A stretch of 64,000 bases of DNA from the human T2T-CHM13v2.0 reference genome, Homo sapiens (GCF_009914755.1 NC_060932.1), one strand, 5' to 3'; positions 13,901 to 30,846 are shown, numbered from the stretch's first letter. Translations and numbers: made by a program. Notes: generated by a model not told the origin, from the letters alone.

Positions 13901-16250
13901 AACTGAGTTGCTGAAATCTTGATTGCTTTTTCATTTCAAATTTGAACCTTTCATTTCAAGTTTACAAAAATAGGGATCGATTAACAATCAGATTAACTGG
14001 CATTTCATCTAGAGACTAGCAATTCACCTGAACTTTGGCCTGCCACAAATCCCACTGTTTTTCTCATTAGGATTACATAAGTGGTAAACCAACAGATGGA
14101 AATGCTGTCTGGTCAGAGAACGAGGGCAGTGTCTACCGCTACCACACATGAGTGTGTCAGACTTCGAGTCCATGCCTAATGGTTTTTCCAGAATCATTCC
14201 CAGAATACCAGCGGCAAGAAAAATGATTTTCAGGCAGGCGGGGCATCTCTTTCTTTGCTGTTCTGTGAAGGAAACCAGGAGCTGCCCCTAAGGGGCAGGG
14301 TCTCACCACTTGCTTCCATTTCTAGGAGATCAAGGACCCACCAGAGAGCCCGCTGGGTCCCAGGGGGCTCCCATTCAGACCGCGAGCAGACGTGGTGGCC
14401 CAAAGGCCTCTGACTCCTTTAACCCATTTATCCTAATTTTCCTGGTCAATTACAAAGAGGCTGGAATTCAGTTCTTTCATTTCTTATGAGAGAACCATGA
14501 GAGCTGGGAAGGTTCTTAAAAATCATCTTGCACTTCAAAGAGAGATCTCACCTAAACCAGAGATTTTCAAGAGAATAATTTTTTATACAGCAGCAACCCC
14601 CTATTTTGATTTGGGATGTTTCACAGGGCGAGAGGGGTGCAGGGGCTCTCCACAGATTGCCATTCTCCAGCCCCACCACAAGCCCCTGGGCACCCTCTGC
14701 GAGCTCACCTACCTGATCATGCCACTCAAAATCAGAGTGGACCTGGAGCTCAGTGACCTCAGAGATCCAAGAAAGTCACTTGGCAAAATTTACCACCATG
14801 TTTTATACTCCTCGCTTGAAGTAGTAACCTGGTGCTAAGCAACGTCTAGACTTTATTTCTAAAATCCCTGACAACTCTATGTGGCAGGCATGAATATTCC
14901 CATCATAGAAGAGGAAAATGAGACACAAAGGCTATAGCACTTCCAAGAGGTGGCCTGGCACATTAGCCCTCATTACGCCCTGACTCTATTTTTGGGAGAT
15001 GAATTATTTACGTGGGTTATGCAGGTTTTCTGTCTTGGGTAAAGTATCATGTAAGAGTACTCACCCCTTCTAAATGGACTGCTACCTAAATACTTCCTAT
15101 AATAACATTCTCAAGATGCCTTTGAACAGAGAGGGTAAGGAACCTGCCTGGGGTCACACAGCTAACATGCAAGGGATCTGGATTTCAAATGAGGTCATGT
15201 GCCTCCAAAGCCCATACACCAGACTCCTCAGCCTTTATAACCTAAATCTCTTAGGCTGCTGCTGCCCAGGCCTGTCTACTTCAAAGTCCCAGACCTCAGT
15301 GGAAGGCAAACAGGCAGCCACCCTCTACATACCAATTTTTCCCAAGCAAATGGACAAGTACCCAAAACAAACTTTTCTGTTTCACAACATTTCTGGCCTT
15401 CATTCATGCCAAGAGTAAGCAACTGTTGCATCGTTCCACATGATCACAAGACAGATTCCCAAAGATGACTTCAACAGGGCAGGGTCTGTGTACCAATTTT
15501 TTCATTTTTAATCTGCAGTTGACAAAACTAATACTTGGGCAGCTGGCAGAGTAGACTCGGTGAACATGCTGCTGAAACCACACTTGCTCTTTATGACCTG
15601 GGACCAGGTTGAAGGACAGCAACTAGGAACAGGAGCTCAGAGTCATTCTTTCCAATCCAAAGGAGACACCAAGTATGAGGTTTCCTGCATTTGCCTTCAC
15701 ACTGGCTCTGCAATGACTCTGGTAGCTGGCAGCTCTCCATAATGTAGCTGTCTGCTCATCCACAGTACAACAAACACCAGACCAGAAGAGGGGCTTTTCC
15801 CAGATACTTGGAAAAAAGGAGAAGAAAACAAATACAAAAAGCAGGTTCCAAGGAACACAGGAAAACAGATGCAAAGCAATCTTAGATTCAGTAACTTTTG
15901 CACATCCTCAGTGTCATTTTACACTAACATAACAGTGTCATGGCTGGAAGATCTAAGGAGCTAGTGCTTTGCTCCAAATGATTTGGACAGATGTTTACTA
16001 AGTTTGCCTTTCTAAAATTTTCTTGTACGTGGTTAACGGCAGGTGATTAATATTCATGCAAGGAGGATTTCACCAGAATTTCATGGAGTTGACATCTATT
16101 AAAGTTAACAGACAAAAAGGCAGAACTGTAAGTGTTCTTTTAAACTGGCATCTGAGAGTCTTTGCAGGAAACAAGATCATCACAACCTGCCAACACACGC
16201 ACTTCAGGTGACAGGCGTCCCGGCAGCTCCCAAATGCTCTGTTCTTGCTC

Positions 16251-16311
16251 CTGCTTACCTCCCAGCTTCTGTACACACCGTTCAGCTGCTTACCTCCCAG
16301 CTTCTGTACAC
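16251..16311. repeat. 26-bp direct repeat, 35-bp period
   Basis: ctgcttacctcccagcttctgtacac at 16251-16276 and 16286-16311. Confidence 0.93.
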
Positions 16312-16964
16312 TCCACTGCTGGGATGGTGCCCTTCTCACAGGATTCTGTGCACCTCTAAGACCTCGCCTGGGTATCACCTAGACTGAGCAGCATTTCCCA
16401 TGCTCTGCCTCCAAGGGACCCGCCTCTCTGCCTAAACCAGACCCCTGTGCCCCGTCACACCCGTCCTGCCATTGTCTCTTTACTTTTTGTCTCCTCTGCC
16501 AAGACTAAGCTTCTTGCAGGTGGGGCTCCCCTCTCTTGCACGGTGCATGGCACAGAGCAGCACTCAAAAAATACCGCTGAATGACGTTAAAGAGGAAAGG
16601 AACAAATCACTGTGAAATTTGGGAGGGAGGAGGTGTCATTAAAGCCAATGGGAACACAAATGAACCTGCACAAAATAGATCTGGTTAATCTTTTCAGACT
16701 TTTTTTTTAAAGGTTTTCTGCAATCACTAGCTGGCTGGATGTAAGCATCATGGAATTCAGACTCCTGGCACCAGAAGGGCTTCTAGGTCATGTGGCCCAA
16801 CAGCTCCATAATGCAGGAAACATGTGTCTGCTTTGTGATGAGTCCAACACATTGCTGACGCTCTGTCGTCCTGGCAGATGCGGTTCCCTTTAGGGCCATC
16901 AGCGGCAGGCCTGGTTTTCAGCCAGGCAATAACAGTACAAAAATTACAGCACAACTGTTTTTCT

Positions 16965-17276
16965 TTTCTTTTCTTTTCTTTTCTTTTCTTTTCTTTTTGA
17001 AGACAGAGTTTTGCTCTTCTTGGCCGGGCTGGAGTGCAATGGCGCGATCTTGGCTCACTGCAACCTCCGCCTCCCGGGTTCAAAGCCTACCTCAGCCTCC
17101 TGAGTTGCTGAGATTACAGGCATGCGCCACCATGCCTGGCTAATTTTTTATTTTTAGTAGAGATGGGGTTTCTCCATATTGGTCAGGCTGGTCTCAGAAC
17201 TCCCAGCCTCAGGTGACCCGCCCGCCTCAGCCTCTCAAAGTGCTGGGATTACAGGAATGAGCCACTGCGCCCAGCC
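16965..17276 (-). mobile_element. Alu (AluSp/Sq-type) with a (TTTTC)n tail
   Basis: Antisense Alu; TSD agcacaactgtttttct at 16948 and 17277. Confidence 0.96.
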
Positions 17277-17969
17277 AGCACAACTGTTTTTCTATCCACT
17301 GCTTTAACTTTCTCCTGTTCATCATCTTCAACAGATGCAAAGAAAGTTAGCAGTTGGGGCTTCATACCCAAACTTGGGCATTTTTGTCTGTGGGAAAATG
17401 CTACACTAAAATCTTCTAAGAGAAATAGCTTTTGCTCCTCTCTAGAAAATCCAAGGTATTTGTGGAGGGCATCGGACTGGCTCTACAACTCCCAAGGGTG
17501 TCTAGCAAGGTCACGGCATGCATTGGACACTCCAAATATTTCACAGTTGATCTTTTACCAACATAAACCCTGTGTCAGCCACATGTCTTCACGTCCACAG
17601 GCCTTAATTCCTTCCTCCTGAAATTCCCATCAAATGGTACAAGCAGCAGCACAGGCTGGAGTCACCTAAAAAGCTAATTAAGTACACCGATTTTATTGCT
17701 AGAATACTCAAGTCAGGACCTGACCACAGGCTGAGCACAGATGTTAGTGGCAGGAATGGCTATCTTGTTAACATAGTAATAACACTGAGAAGAGGAAGAA
17801 AAAACCATGAGGATTTTAAAACATCTTTTCATCTTCCTGCATAAAAAATTAAATTAAAAAGAAGAACAATGGAATTTCAACGCCTCACTGAGCTCTGATA
17901 GAGCGAATGAAACGGTATCGTGAATGGCTGGACAGGGAATACAGTTTCTTGCATTAAACAGGATCGCCT

Positions 17970-17982
17970 AGTTCAGAGGTCA
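17970..17982 (+). promoter_or_regulatory. DR1 nuclear-receptor element
   Basis: AGTTCA-G-AGGTCA, two consensus half-sites spaced by one base; motif match only. Confidence 0.35.
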
Positions 17983-18552
17983 TCCGCACCCACATTCCAG
18001 CCCCTTCCTGGTATCCCTCTGGGGAATCAAGACCAGGGAAGGCCAGAAAAGAAGAAGCATAGCTCCTATGATCCCCTGGAATCCCTCCACTGATAAAGGC
18101 AACTTCCAATGACTCCTCTTCCTTCCCACGCATCCCACTCTTCCCCTTTCCTCCACCCAAACCCACAAAGGAAAGAAAACAATGACAATACTGCGATCGC
18201 CATGACTCTGACCTTTAAATGTTGAACCAGAGATCTATTAAGGGCCAGATAAAAAAGCAGGTGATTAGTTTTCAACATGAGTCACAATATCCCTGCAGTG
18301 AAATAATTCAATTAAATATTTAATGGTCTTAGGTTTTGTTTGAGGCACTGTTAATGACAGTCTCATTAGCCCCAGCCATGGTCTCAGAAGTGAAGTGGAA
18401 GGGGCCAGCTCCCCAGGAGGGAGAGGCACTTGGTGGGGGCAGTCTTCCTTAAACAGGGACTGGAAAGCCAGGCCCATGGGCAGAAGGGGTGTCTGCCAGG
18501 GGGGCATCAGTACCGTCATTCCAATCATATAGAAGCACCAGGCTTGATGTGA

Positions 18553-18879
<327 letters not shown>

Positions 18880-19090
18880 CCTATCTCTTTCCCCAGAGAA
18901 ATCCTTACTAACCCTTAGAGAGTCAGAAAGATTCAACCAGAAAGTGGGTTCTGGGCACTTGAACCATCCGTTTCAGGTTTGGGTTTGGTTTACTTTCTCT
19001 CAGTGATGCACCAGCACGAGGTGGCTTCACTCTCTCAGTTAAGAACCTCCCTGATGAATGAGTAAGGAAAGTGTGAGAGACAGAAAGAGA

Positions 19091-19123
<33 letters not shown>

Positions 19124-19125
19124 AG

Positions 19126-19940
<815 letters not shown>

Positions 19941-20610
19941 CACACAAAAGACAATCTTCCCTGACCCGGAAAGTAGGGAGATGGGGCCCAAGGCAAAGTC
20001 AGAGCACAGACGAGCCCATCCCTGTGTAACAGTAAGAACGATCCAGCCTGCTTGCCTTTCTCACACCTTCCAGGAGGGCAGGTCACTGCGATGAGAGGAA
20101 GCACTCAAGTGGTTCCTAATCCAAAGAACTGTCTTGACTGAAGGATTCCAATAAGAAGTCTCCCACAAGCCTTGACTGGCTGTTTCAGAGTATGGTTACC
20201 CTACTGAAAATTGTTTAACTTCAACCCTATTTCTTGTCTTCTGAACTCACACACGTTTATCCTTCTTACGAAGACTACACACAACTAAACTGCATGTATC
20301 TGTGCTCATATGTCTATAGTGAACCTGTCATATGTCCTCAGACATTTTTTCCAGTAAGGTATTGATCAACCACCTTTGTGAGCAGCAACAGGAAAGGCAA
20401 AAATTATTGGAAAATGTGGTTAGGCTCAATTTTGTGAATGCCACATTTTCTTTTACCAAACATAACCAAATCCAACACCTAAAAGAGTTAGGTGCCCTGG
20501 CCCTTCCCCCAAACAACTCATCTGTCCAATAAACACTTGCTGGCTTCACAAATTGGCCCAAAAGAGAGAAATGCATAAAATTAACTGTCCAATTTAAGCA
20601 TTTGGCCTAA

Positions 20611-20971
<361 letters not shown>

Positions 20972-23382
20972 CGCGCTAAGCACCTTCTAAAACTCACTGC
21001 CATCTTGCCTTTCTCTGGGAAAGTAAGGAAACTGCCTCCTTTCTTGTCAGCTCATCGAAGCTATCAACCATTGCTTCGTGTGGGTGAACTGATATGTGCT
21101 GTTACACCAGCTTAAAACAAAGGAGAGAGGCTTACTTTCAACCCCCATTTCACTCACGCTCCTATTTGAAAAGGTTTGTCACTGTGCGAAGACTCATATA
21201 GGACAGAAGAAGAAGACAGCCCCCGTCCTCAATGAGTGGACCATAGTCTGGAGGAGAAAGCAGCAAGCCCACAATTTATTATTTTTGCACTATCAGAGAG
21301 CTCTAAGCCAAATGGCTCCGCGTTCAGACAGCAAGAGTGCACCCGCTTTCTGAGCAGGGAAGGGACGTTTTCAGAAGATCCTCAGCCCAGGTTGTAAAAA
21401 GAGAAACTGGGAGGCATGGACCAGACATTCAGAGAACTGGTGAGCAAAAGCAGCCTAGACTCAGGTTGACGACGTGACACAGAAAAAGAAAAGAAAGGGA
21501 TGGGTACAGGGGAATCACAGGGGCAGTGTCTATTCAGCCTGGCAGCTCCAGAGTAATGACAGAGGCAGGGCTAAGGATCCCAGGGCAGTCTGACACTTGA
21601 AGCCCAGGTACCTCCACCTGGGAGTCCCACCAACAAATAATAGGGAAATCAGGAGAAGGCAGTTTGGTTTGGCTGAGTCTCAGGTGCCAGGGGGAAGGCC
21701 AAATATCCCTGCACCATGCCAGCCACGTTGATGGCGCTGAAATAAATGTCTGTTCAGATGAATGGAGACCAACCACCAGACGGCTGGAAATGCGAAACTG
21801 AAGCTGACTCAAAGAGGTGGATTTGCGCAGAGCGGGGAGGTGTGGGCACAGGAATGAATGAGGTCTGCACACAAAGCTGTTTGCTACCCTCCACATTAAA
21901 ATGGCAGATGTCTGGCAAATGCCTGGAAATTTCCTGACACCCATTGTCCTTGTTTCATAGATAAATGTTCTACATGACATGCCCATATTTCCCCAGCCAC
22001 AGACCTCAGCGGCTGTAACAACACGTGCCCCAAATCTGTCAGGGCCTGGGTGTGTGGATTTCAGATCCAAAAATGCAAATCTTTTCTTTTCAGAGAAATG
22101 GTTTTCTGGGCAGAATTCTGGGCTCGGGAGCCAGAAAGGAGACTGAATGAGAAGGCATTGTGCAAATGATTGTCATCCTCGTCTGCCAGGATCAGATTCG
22201 TGTCCTGCCTCTGCCTCTCTTTAGTTACATGACCTTGGAAAGGACACTTGATCTCTCTGAGCCTTGGTGGGCTCATCTGTAAAATGGAACTCTGTACCTG
22301 CTTTGTAAGATTCTTCTAAGGATCATCGAAAATACATGGCAGGAGAATATATAAAATGTAAAGCCCTCCACGTGAGCAAGGGTTTCTTGGCAAGCAGCTG
22401 AATCCTTCTAATCTAGGCACTGTACCTATCAAAATAATTCTGGCTCATTCGTGAAGGCAGAATTACAGTCCAGGGAAATGAGTGCATGGTTGGGAACCTA
22501 AGGATCGCAAATGCTGAAACTTTAGACAGACCAGCATTTTCGGACACAGACGTTCAGTTCTCCAACACAGGCGGCTTTCATGGCGAAGTTCAGCTGGTAT
22601 AGACCACCTGCTGGCGAGGCAACTCTACCCCCAGAAGCAGCCAAGTCCCGGCTCTGAGAGAGAAGGCCAGTTAAGGCACTCCCCCTGACCCCACACACAA
22701 AAACTGCAGCTTTGAGAATTGTGAAAGAGGCTTAAATGTTCCAGCTGCAAGTGTAGCTATGCTGCCTTCTTTAAATGCATCTAGTTCCTTTTATTTCAAG
22801 ATGAACAGACTCCCAGGCACTGCTGCAAGATACGAAGGCCACACATCCATTTTCATGAGCAAACCCTCATCCACAACACTGTTTTCATCCAAGAAATCCA
22901 GACATCAGGATTATATCCATGCAAGGTCCCCACTGCCTCTCTCCCTCCCCTCTCAGTTGGCTCCAGGGTCAAATTTTCTGTAGGCTGTGACTTTAGTTTA
23001 AGCATAATGAACACCTACTATACGCAGCAGGAAACTGTGCAGAGTCTGATGAAGACTGAAAGGGAGAGGCTGCAAATCAAACCCAAATAGAACTCTAGGG
23101 CCAGGTCTTTTAACCATGGCACCATGTTGAAAAGGATGGTCATAATGAGGATAAATGAAAGGACAAGACAAAGTCAACAGCACAGTGAATACAAAGGGCT
23201 ATGGGACAGGAAGTTGCAGGTATGCAGGTCTTCCAGGAGTGGAATTATTTCTCACCACACTGAGCCATTCTAGTGTTTCGTCAGTTCTTTTCTTGGGAAC
23301 ATTCTACACACAAAGCACTGGCCTGGGCCAGTCCACCACCAGCTTTTCTGCCAGGATGCTTGAGCTAAAAAATGATCCTATA

Positions 23383-23522
23383 AGCCAGGCATGGTGGCAC
23401 GCATCTGTAATCTCAGCTACTCGGGAAGCTGAGGTGGGAGGATAGCTTGAGCCCAGGAGTTCAAGACCAGCCTGGGTAACCTAGAGAGACCCATGCTTCA
23501 AAATAAAAATAAAAAAACCAAA
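23383..23522 (+). mobile_element. Free left Alu monomer (FLAM)
   Basis: Single monomer with an A-rich tail; TSD atgatcctata on both sides. Confidence 0.88.
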
Positions 23523-24912
23523 CATGATCCTATAGTCAAAGTAGCTCCAGTCAAAAGGATTTTGAGAAACATTAAATCCAGAAATAGCAATCTTATCCAC
23601 TGGGCTGGAGGGGGGCAGAGTGTGGGATGAGGATCTAGTAAGGTTCCATTCAACAAGGCGGTTTGTGGGGAGGCATTCAACCTGCCCTTGGGAGGAGATA
23701 ATGAGGTGCACCCGGTCATGGGAATGGGGTGGTTAGAAATGATTACGGTGCAGTGAGGACCAATCAGCAGGCCGCTACAAGTTCTGTCTGGGACTCTGGG
23801 TTCCAGGTTTCTTCCTAGGGGCATCACACCAGCCTCTACTGCAACAGACAAAAGGAAAAGGCAACAAGAATCACATCTCCATGGTGACGGTCACAGAGCC
23901 TGATATACGCTGCCCCAACACTAGGAAAGGTCTCCCAAGGCAGGTCCTGTTCACTGCAGCTGGTGAGTCAGCAGCCCGCACCCAGCCCCTGCCCAGCCTG
24001 CACACAGGGGTTGGACACGAACCTGTCACGCAACATTGCTTCATTCCTCGAGTCCTGTGCACATTCCCATTTAGCAGGCAGCAGCTGTGTGGCTCACACC
24101 AAAGTTTGCACCGAGAAAAGCTTCCAAGGCTGCCACCAGGGTCTCAAAAGAGAAGGTAAGGCTGTGCTTATCCTCCCCTGCAACCTGGTACCTCTGGCCT
24201 CTGACCCTGGTGTCCCCACGGCCCTCTGAGCTATCTAAAAATCTGGAATCATCTTACAGTGTTTAAAAACCTGGTTCAATTTAGTTATCAAGTTGGTACT
24301 CAAAAGATGAGGGCTGGCTATCAGTGAGAAACTGGGGCATAATCGTTACATTCGCTAACACTGACTGAGTGCCACTTCATGCATTAGGTACTCAACATTT
24401 CACCTTCTCCACAACCCTCAAGGCAGGCATCTATCCTATAAAGGAGGAGACCAAGGCTCACGCAGGTTAAGTTGCTGATCCACAGTCACAAAGGGAAAAT
24501 ATGTTGAGGCCAGGATTCAAACTAAGGCTATCAGATTTCAAATCCCTTGTTCTCAACTCTTCCTCCACAGCACAGGGCCACAGCCAAGGAGACAGAGACA
24601 ATATAAGACCGGGAAAGTAGAGGAGGGTGTCAGGAAGAATTCATGGAGCAGACACGATGGGATCATAGACTAAGCAGCCCTGGGAGATGGCCAGGGGTGG
24701 CGGGGGGGTCCCCCAGGGATCACTGAAAGGGTAATGTAAGAAGAGGAAGCTCAGGTAGGAGGGTGAAAGGCCTTAAAGGTCAGCCTGAGCTTCCACAGGC
24801 CATAGGGAGTCCGGGAGAGAAGCACAGGGAGACAGTGTGAACTGCGCTTTAGAAAGAAAACTGTGGCATTGCTATTTCCCATAAAAACTCTTACAGATAG
24901 AAAACTAGCAGT

Positions 24913-25523
<611 letters not shown>

Positions 25524-25719
25524 TCAGCTGTGGAACCTGGAGCTCCCACCAGCCCCCACAGCAGGTGCTCTGGGAAGGGGCAGAAGAAAATGATGGCAGG
25601 ACTTGGAGAAGCCAGGACAGCAGAGTCAACAGTTCCAACTCCATTGGGGAACTTTCCCCATCGATGACAGCAATTTCCCTAACATCTAATTATAGGCATT
25701 TGTCAGCTAAATAATAAGT

Positions 25720-25945
25720 TGCATGGATTAAATGCCTACAGTGAGCCAGAAACTCCAAGAAGTACCTTGTGTAATTTCATCTAATCCTCGCAACAACCCT
25801 CTGAGGCAATTCTTCATTGCCCATCCTCATTTTAAAGATGGGGAAACTGAGGCTAAGAGAAACCTGCCATAGGTGGGTAGACCTAGGACTCAAAGCCAGG
25901 TGGTGTCTAGCTCCGAAGTCTGCACTTCTTCCATTACACCACAGC
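25720..25945 (-). mobile_element. MIR SINE
   Basis: ctaatcctcgcaacaaccctctgagg ... cattttaaagatggggaaactgaggc. Confidence 0.85.
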
Positions 25946-26259
25946 AGACCCTGAAAGTAACACACACGGATTTTACAGGATCCCAAAGTATCTTCAGGGA
26001 GGTTTTATTTCCCAAGAGGGTCCTTGGGGCAGGAGGCAAATGAGTTAATCATGAGAGCTCACAAGTGCTGGGCACTCATGAGCCAGGCCTAGGCCTAAGC
26101 TCTGTGTACACATTCATTCATTCATTCATCTTCATTCTTTCAACAGCCCTGTGCATAAGCACTATCATCACCCCCATTTTATAGATGAGAAAACTAAGGC
26201 TCGAATTAAGGAGATTAAGCCACTTAAAGTTACACAGCTAAGAAATTCTGGAGCTAGAT

Positions 26260-26582
26260 GGCCAGGCGCGGTGGCTCACACCTGTAATCCCAGCACTTTG
26301 GGAGGCTGAGGCGGGCGGATCACAAGGTCAGGAGATGGAGACCATGCTGGCTAACACGGTGAAACCCAGTCTCTACTAAAAAAAATACAAAAAATTAGCC
26401 AGGTGTGGTGGCGGGCACCTGTAGTCCCAGCTACTTGGGAGGCTGAGGCAGGAAAATGGCGTTAACCCAGAGGTGGAGCTTGCAGTGAGCCAAGATCACG
26501 CCACTGCACTCCAGCCTGAATGACAGAGAGAGACTCCGTCTCAAAAAAAAAAAAAAAAAAAAAAAAGAAAAGAAAAAGAAAA
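26260..26582 (+). mobile_element. Alu (AluY-like) inserted in a MIR
   Basis: Y-type features (gatcacaaggtcaggagat, ggctaacacgg, atggcgt, gagcttgcagtg); long tail; TSD aagaaattctggagct(a/g)gat. Confidence 0.93.
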
Positions 26583-29035
26583 AAGAAATTCTGGAGCTGG
26601 ATACTTAGCTATAGCGGTACCTAACTCTGAAGCCCGAGATCTGACCTCTCCCTAAAACAGACCTGAAACACGAGTTCCCACATCCCTGGTTGGTGAGACA
26701 GCCAAGTGCCTCCAACGTTAAGTGGCCTCCTGTCCTGCTGGAGGCTGGACAGGTAGTTTCCATCGTAACACACAGAGGCCACAGCCTGCCTGAGGGGAGG
26801 GTTCTCTCTCCCAGACACCACACCACAAGGCCGCCCCCCTCCATCTGGGAAGAACCAGGGGCCTTTCCAAAGTGAATCATCCAAATAACCAGTCTTTATC
26901 ATTTTAACTGTCATCTTTTAAAAACATATCACACACACCGTGCGTTCTTAAATGGAGCTACTGCCCAGTGGCTGCTGACTCATCACCCTGTAAAGAATTG
27001 AGTCGCTGAGGACAGATGTGGCAAGGCCAAGCCAGCTGCGTCAGCCCCGCTTGCTTAATCCTGTCTGAAGCTTCTTGAAATACTTCACCTGCTCCATGGA
27101 ATATAATTCATCTTGTAAAATTGCTTAAAACTTTTAGACCAAAGGCATTTACATTTAATTAAATGACCAGGGAGAGTTAACTTCCCTCTACCTCCCCTGG
27201 AAGAGGTCACCTTCAGAAGTGACCTATTTCCTCCCTGAGCCCAAAGAGGTTGTGGACCCTAAAGGGCCCCAGTCTAAGCCCACCCCATGCCACTGGGCTG
27301 AATGGGGGCCACCACATCTTTTGGCAAGCCATCCATCAACAGAGTCACCAACAGGCAAGCAGCCTGGGCTACCCGAGCAGACTGTCAGCCACATGGGAGG
27401 AAAGGTGGGGGTGGGGTGGGAGCAGGAACAGAGGGGAGGACCTGAAAGAGGAGGTGGAGAAAGGCTGGGAGGAAGAAGAGGATGAAAAAGGCCACTTGTG
27501 ACTCAGGGGGCCTATGGGCCAGCAGCAAGATCATGGAGCCCCAGCACTGCCTGACCCACTGCATCACCGCCCACATTTTTAACAAGGCTCCAGGCCATTC
27601 ACAGGCACTGGACAGTTTGAGAAGCACTGGTCTACAGCACAGGCTTTGGAGTCAGAAACATCCGGGTACCAGCCCCAGCCACACTACTCACTTTCTATGT
27701 GACCTACAATGAGCTACATAGCCCCAACCTGCCTCCACTGTCTCATTTGTAGGGCAGTACCTACTTACAAGGTGGTTTTAAGAGGAAATTAAAATAATGC
27801 AAATAAAGTACTTAGCACAAAATCTAATACAAAAAAAATGACCAGCTGGCTCTGCTATCAACACATAAAGCTTAGAACCCAAGTCACCAGATTCTGCCTC
27901 TCATTACTTCTCATCATTATGGAAACCTTTGGAGGCCTTTGGCCATGGCATTCTGAACCTGCTTGGTATATTGCAATGCTGTGCCACCTACCAGCATGTT
28001 CCTAAATACACATGTATTTAAGGCAGCATCATCACTGAGATAAAAAGTTACCAACTACACCTGGAGCCAGAAACATGTGTATAAGAAAGGGAAAATAAGG
28101 AGGACTGGGAGCACTTGAGCATTTCATTGGCCTGCACCCTGAGGATTCGCCCTTGAGCCTGAAACATACACGCAGCACAGAGGTCAAAGGCAAAGAGTAA
28201 GGAATCAGCAGCTTTGGGAAGGTGGGGCACGGGGACAGGCCAGGTCTCCTGGACTCGGATTCCAGGCACGCTGCCACAGCTGGGTGCTCCCGAGGACAGC
28301 ACAGACAAAGGTCACTACCTTGACCCACCAATCTCCCTAATGACACAAAACGCCCTTTACTTCCAGAGCCAGCAAACACAGCAACCTGATTTCACAAGAC
28401 ATGAGCCCTTCTGGACCCTAAAGAGTACGTCCACGTGCTAGGAAAAGACGAGCGCTACACGACAGTCCCGACACTGCTGCACAGCTCAGACCCTGTCCTG
28501 GCCCGCAGGCCACTGCCTCCTCAGAACTCTCCTTTTCCTCCATGCTCCCAGGCTTTGTTGGTGACCTCACCGTGCACCAGGCCTTAACTCCTGGTCAATG
28601 CCACCCTGCCCCTCATCTCATCCTGAGTCTGAGCATCTCTGGCACTAAAATTTCTCTGATCCCCTCCATAGTCCACTCACTTCACTCCCAAAGCCACCAT
28701 TCAGGTTCTGACTATGAAAGCCCTCGGGCCTGCCAGCTTCTGTCTCTCCAATTCAAACTGCTTTTAGCACCACTGCTTAGCCAACCTCCTACAGCGGGTC
28801 TGATCCCATTGTGCCTTGGGTGGCTCTCCACTGCTTACAGAATCACACCCACGGCCCTCCAAAGGCAGAGGCAGCAAAGCTCAGGCTTCCCCCATTGCCT
28901 GTCCACCCACTCGGCTCTTCCACTGCAGCTACTGGAATAACAGATCTGAGCTTTGGGCCTGCTGCTGATGATGGTGGTTGTGTCATTTGGTTTTTAACAG
29001 AAAGCAAAGAGAAAGAGGAGAAAAGTTAAGGAGCA

Positions 29036-29343
29036 TCCGGGTGCAGTGGCTCATTCCTGTAAGCCCAACACTTTGGGAGGCCAAGACAGGAGAATCGCTT
29101 GAGCCCAGCAGTTTGAGACCAGCCTGGGCAACATAGCGAGACTCCATCCCTTCAAAAAAATTTAAATAATTAGCCAGGTGTGGTGGTGCACGCCTGTAGT
29201 CCCAGCTACTTGGGAGGCTGAGGCAGGAGGATCCCTTGAGCTTAGGAGTTCAAGGATTCAGTGAACTATGACCATAACCACTGCACTCTAGCCTAGGAAG
29301 CAGAGTGAGACTCTGTCTCAAAAAAAAAAAAAAAAAAAAAAAA
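29036..29343 (+). mobile_element. Alu (AluJ-type)
   Basis: Sense Alu; degenerate TSD aaaagttaaggagca/aaaggtaaggaaca. Confidence 0.93.
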
Positions 29344-29359
29344 GGTAAGGAACAAGTTT

Positions 29360-30370
<1,011 letters not shown>

Positions 30371-30532
30371 CTAAGTGACTCAATAAAAGGAGTCCTTGTC
30401 CTTCACAAACTCTCCTGATCACATATAGTATTGAGTGGCTTTGTCACTTGCCTTAGTCTTGGGCCTTAGCTCTGACTCTTATTTCTAAAAGGAAAAATTA
30501 AGTCCATTCTCAGTAGGTGAAAACCTATCATA

Positions 30533-30846
30533 GGCCGGGCACAGTGGGTTTACGCTTGTAATCCCCGCACTTTGGGAGGTCGAGGCGGGTGGGTCACTTG
30601 AGGTCAGGAGTTCGAGACCAGCCTGGCCAACATGGTGAAACCCCGTCACTACTAAAAATACAAAATTATCTGGGTGTGGTGGCACACGCCTGTAATCCCA
30701 GCTACTCGAGGGGCTGAGGGAGGAGAATCACTTGAACCCAGGAGGCGGAGGTTGCAGTGAGCTGAGATCACACCACTGCACACTCCAGCCTGGGCGACAG
30801 AGCAAGATCCTGTCTCAAAAAAAAAAAACCAACAACAACAAAAAAA
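30533..30846 (+). mobile_element. Alu (AluS-type)
   Basis: Sense Alu; TSD aaaacctatca/aaaacccttca. Confidence 0.95.

Noticed and set aside
21534-22070. Longest ORF (178 aa, minus strand)
   Set aside because: Composition typical of a random ORF, with no domain similarity or clear splice boundaries.
22600-22617. CTCF-like site CGCCAGCAGGTGGTC (minus strand)
   Set aside because: Mismatch at the conserved C of GGC; cannot be supported without ChIP data.
23747-23838. Minus-strand exon after a strong CAGTAG acceptor
   Set aside because: The nearest donor (ACC|GTAATC) is weak, 92 nt is not frame-preserving, and the peptide is unrecognised.
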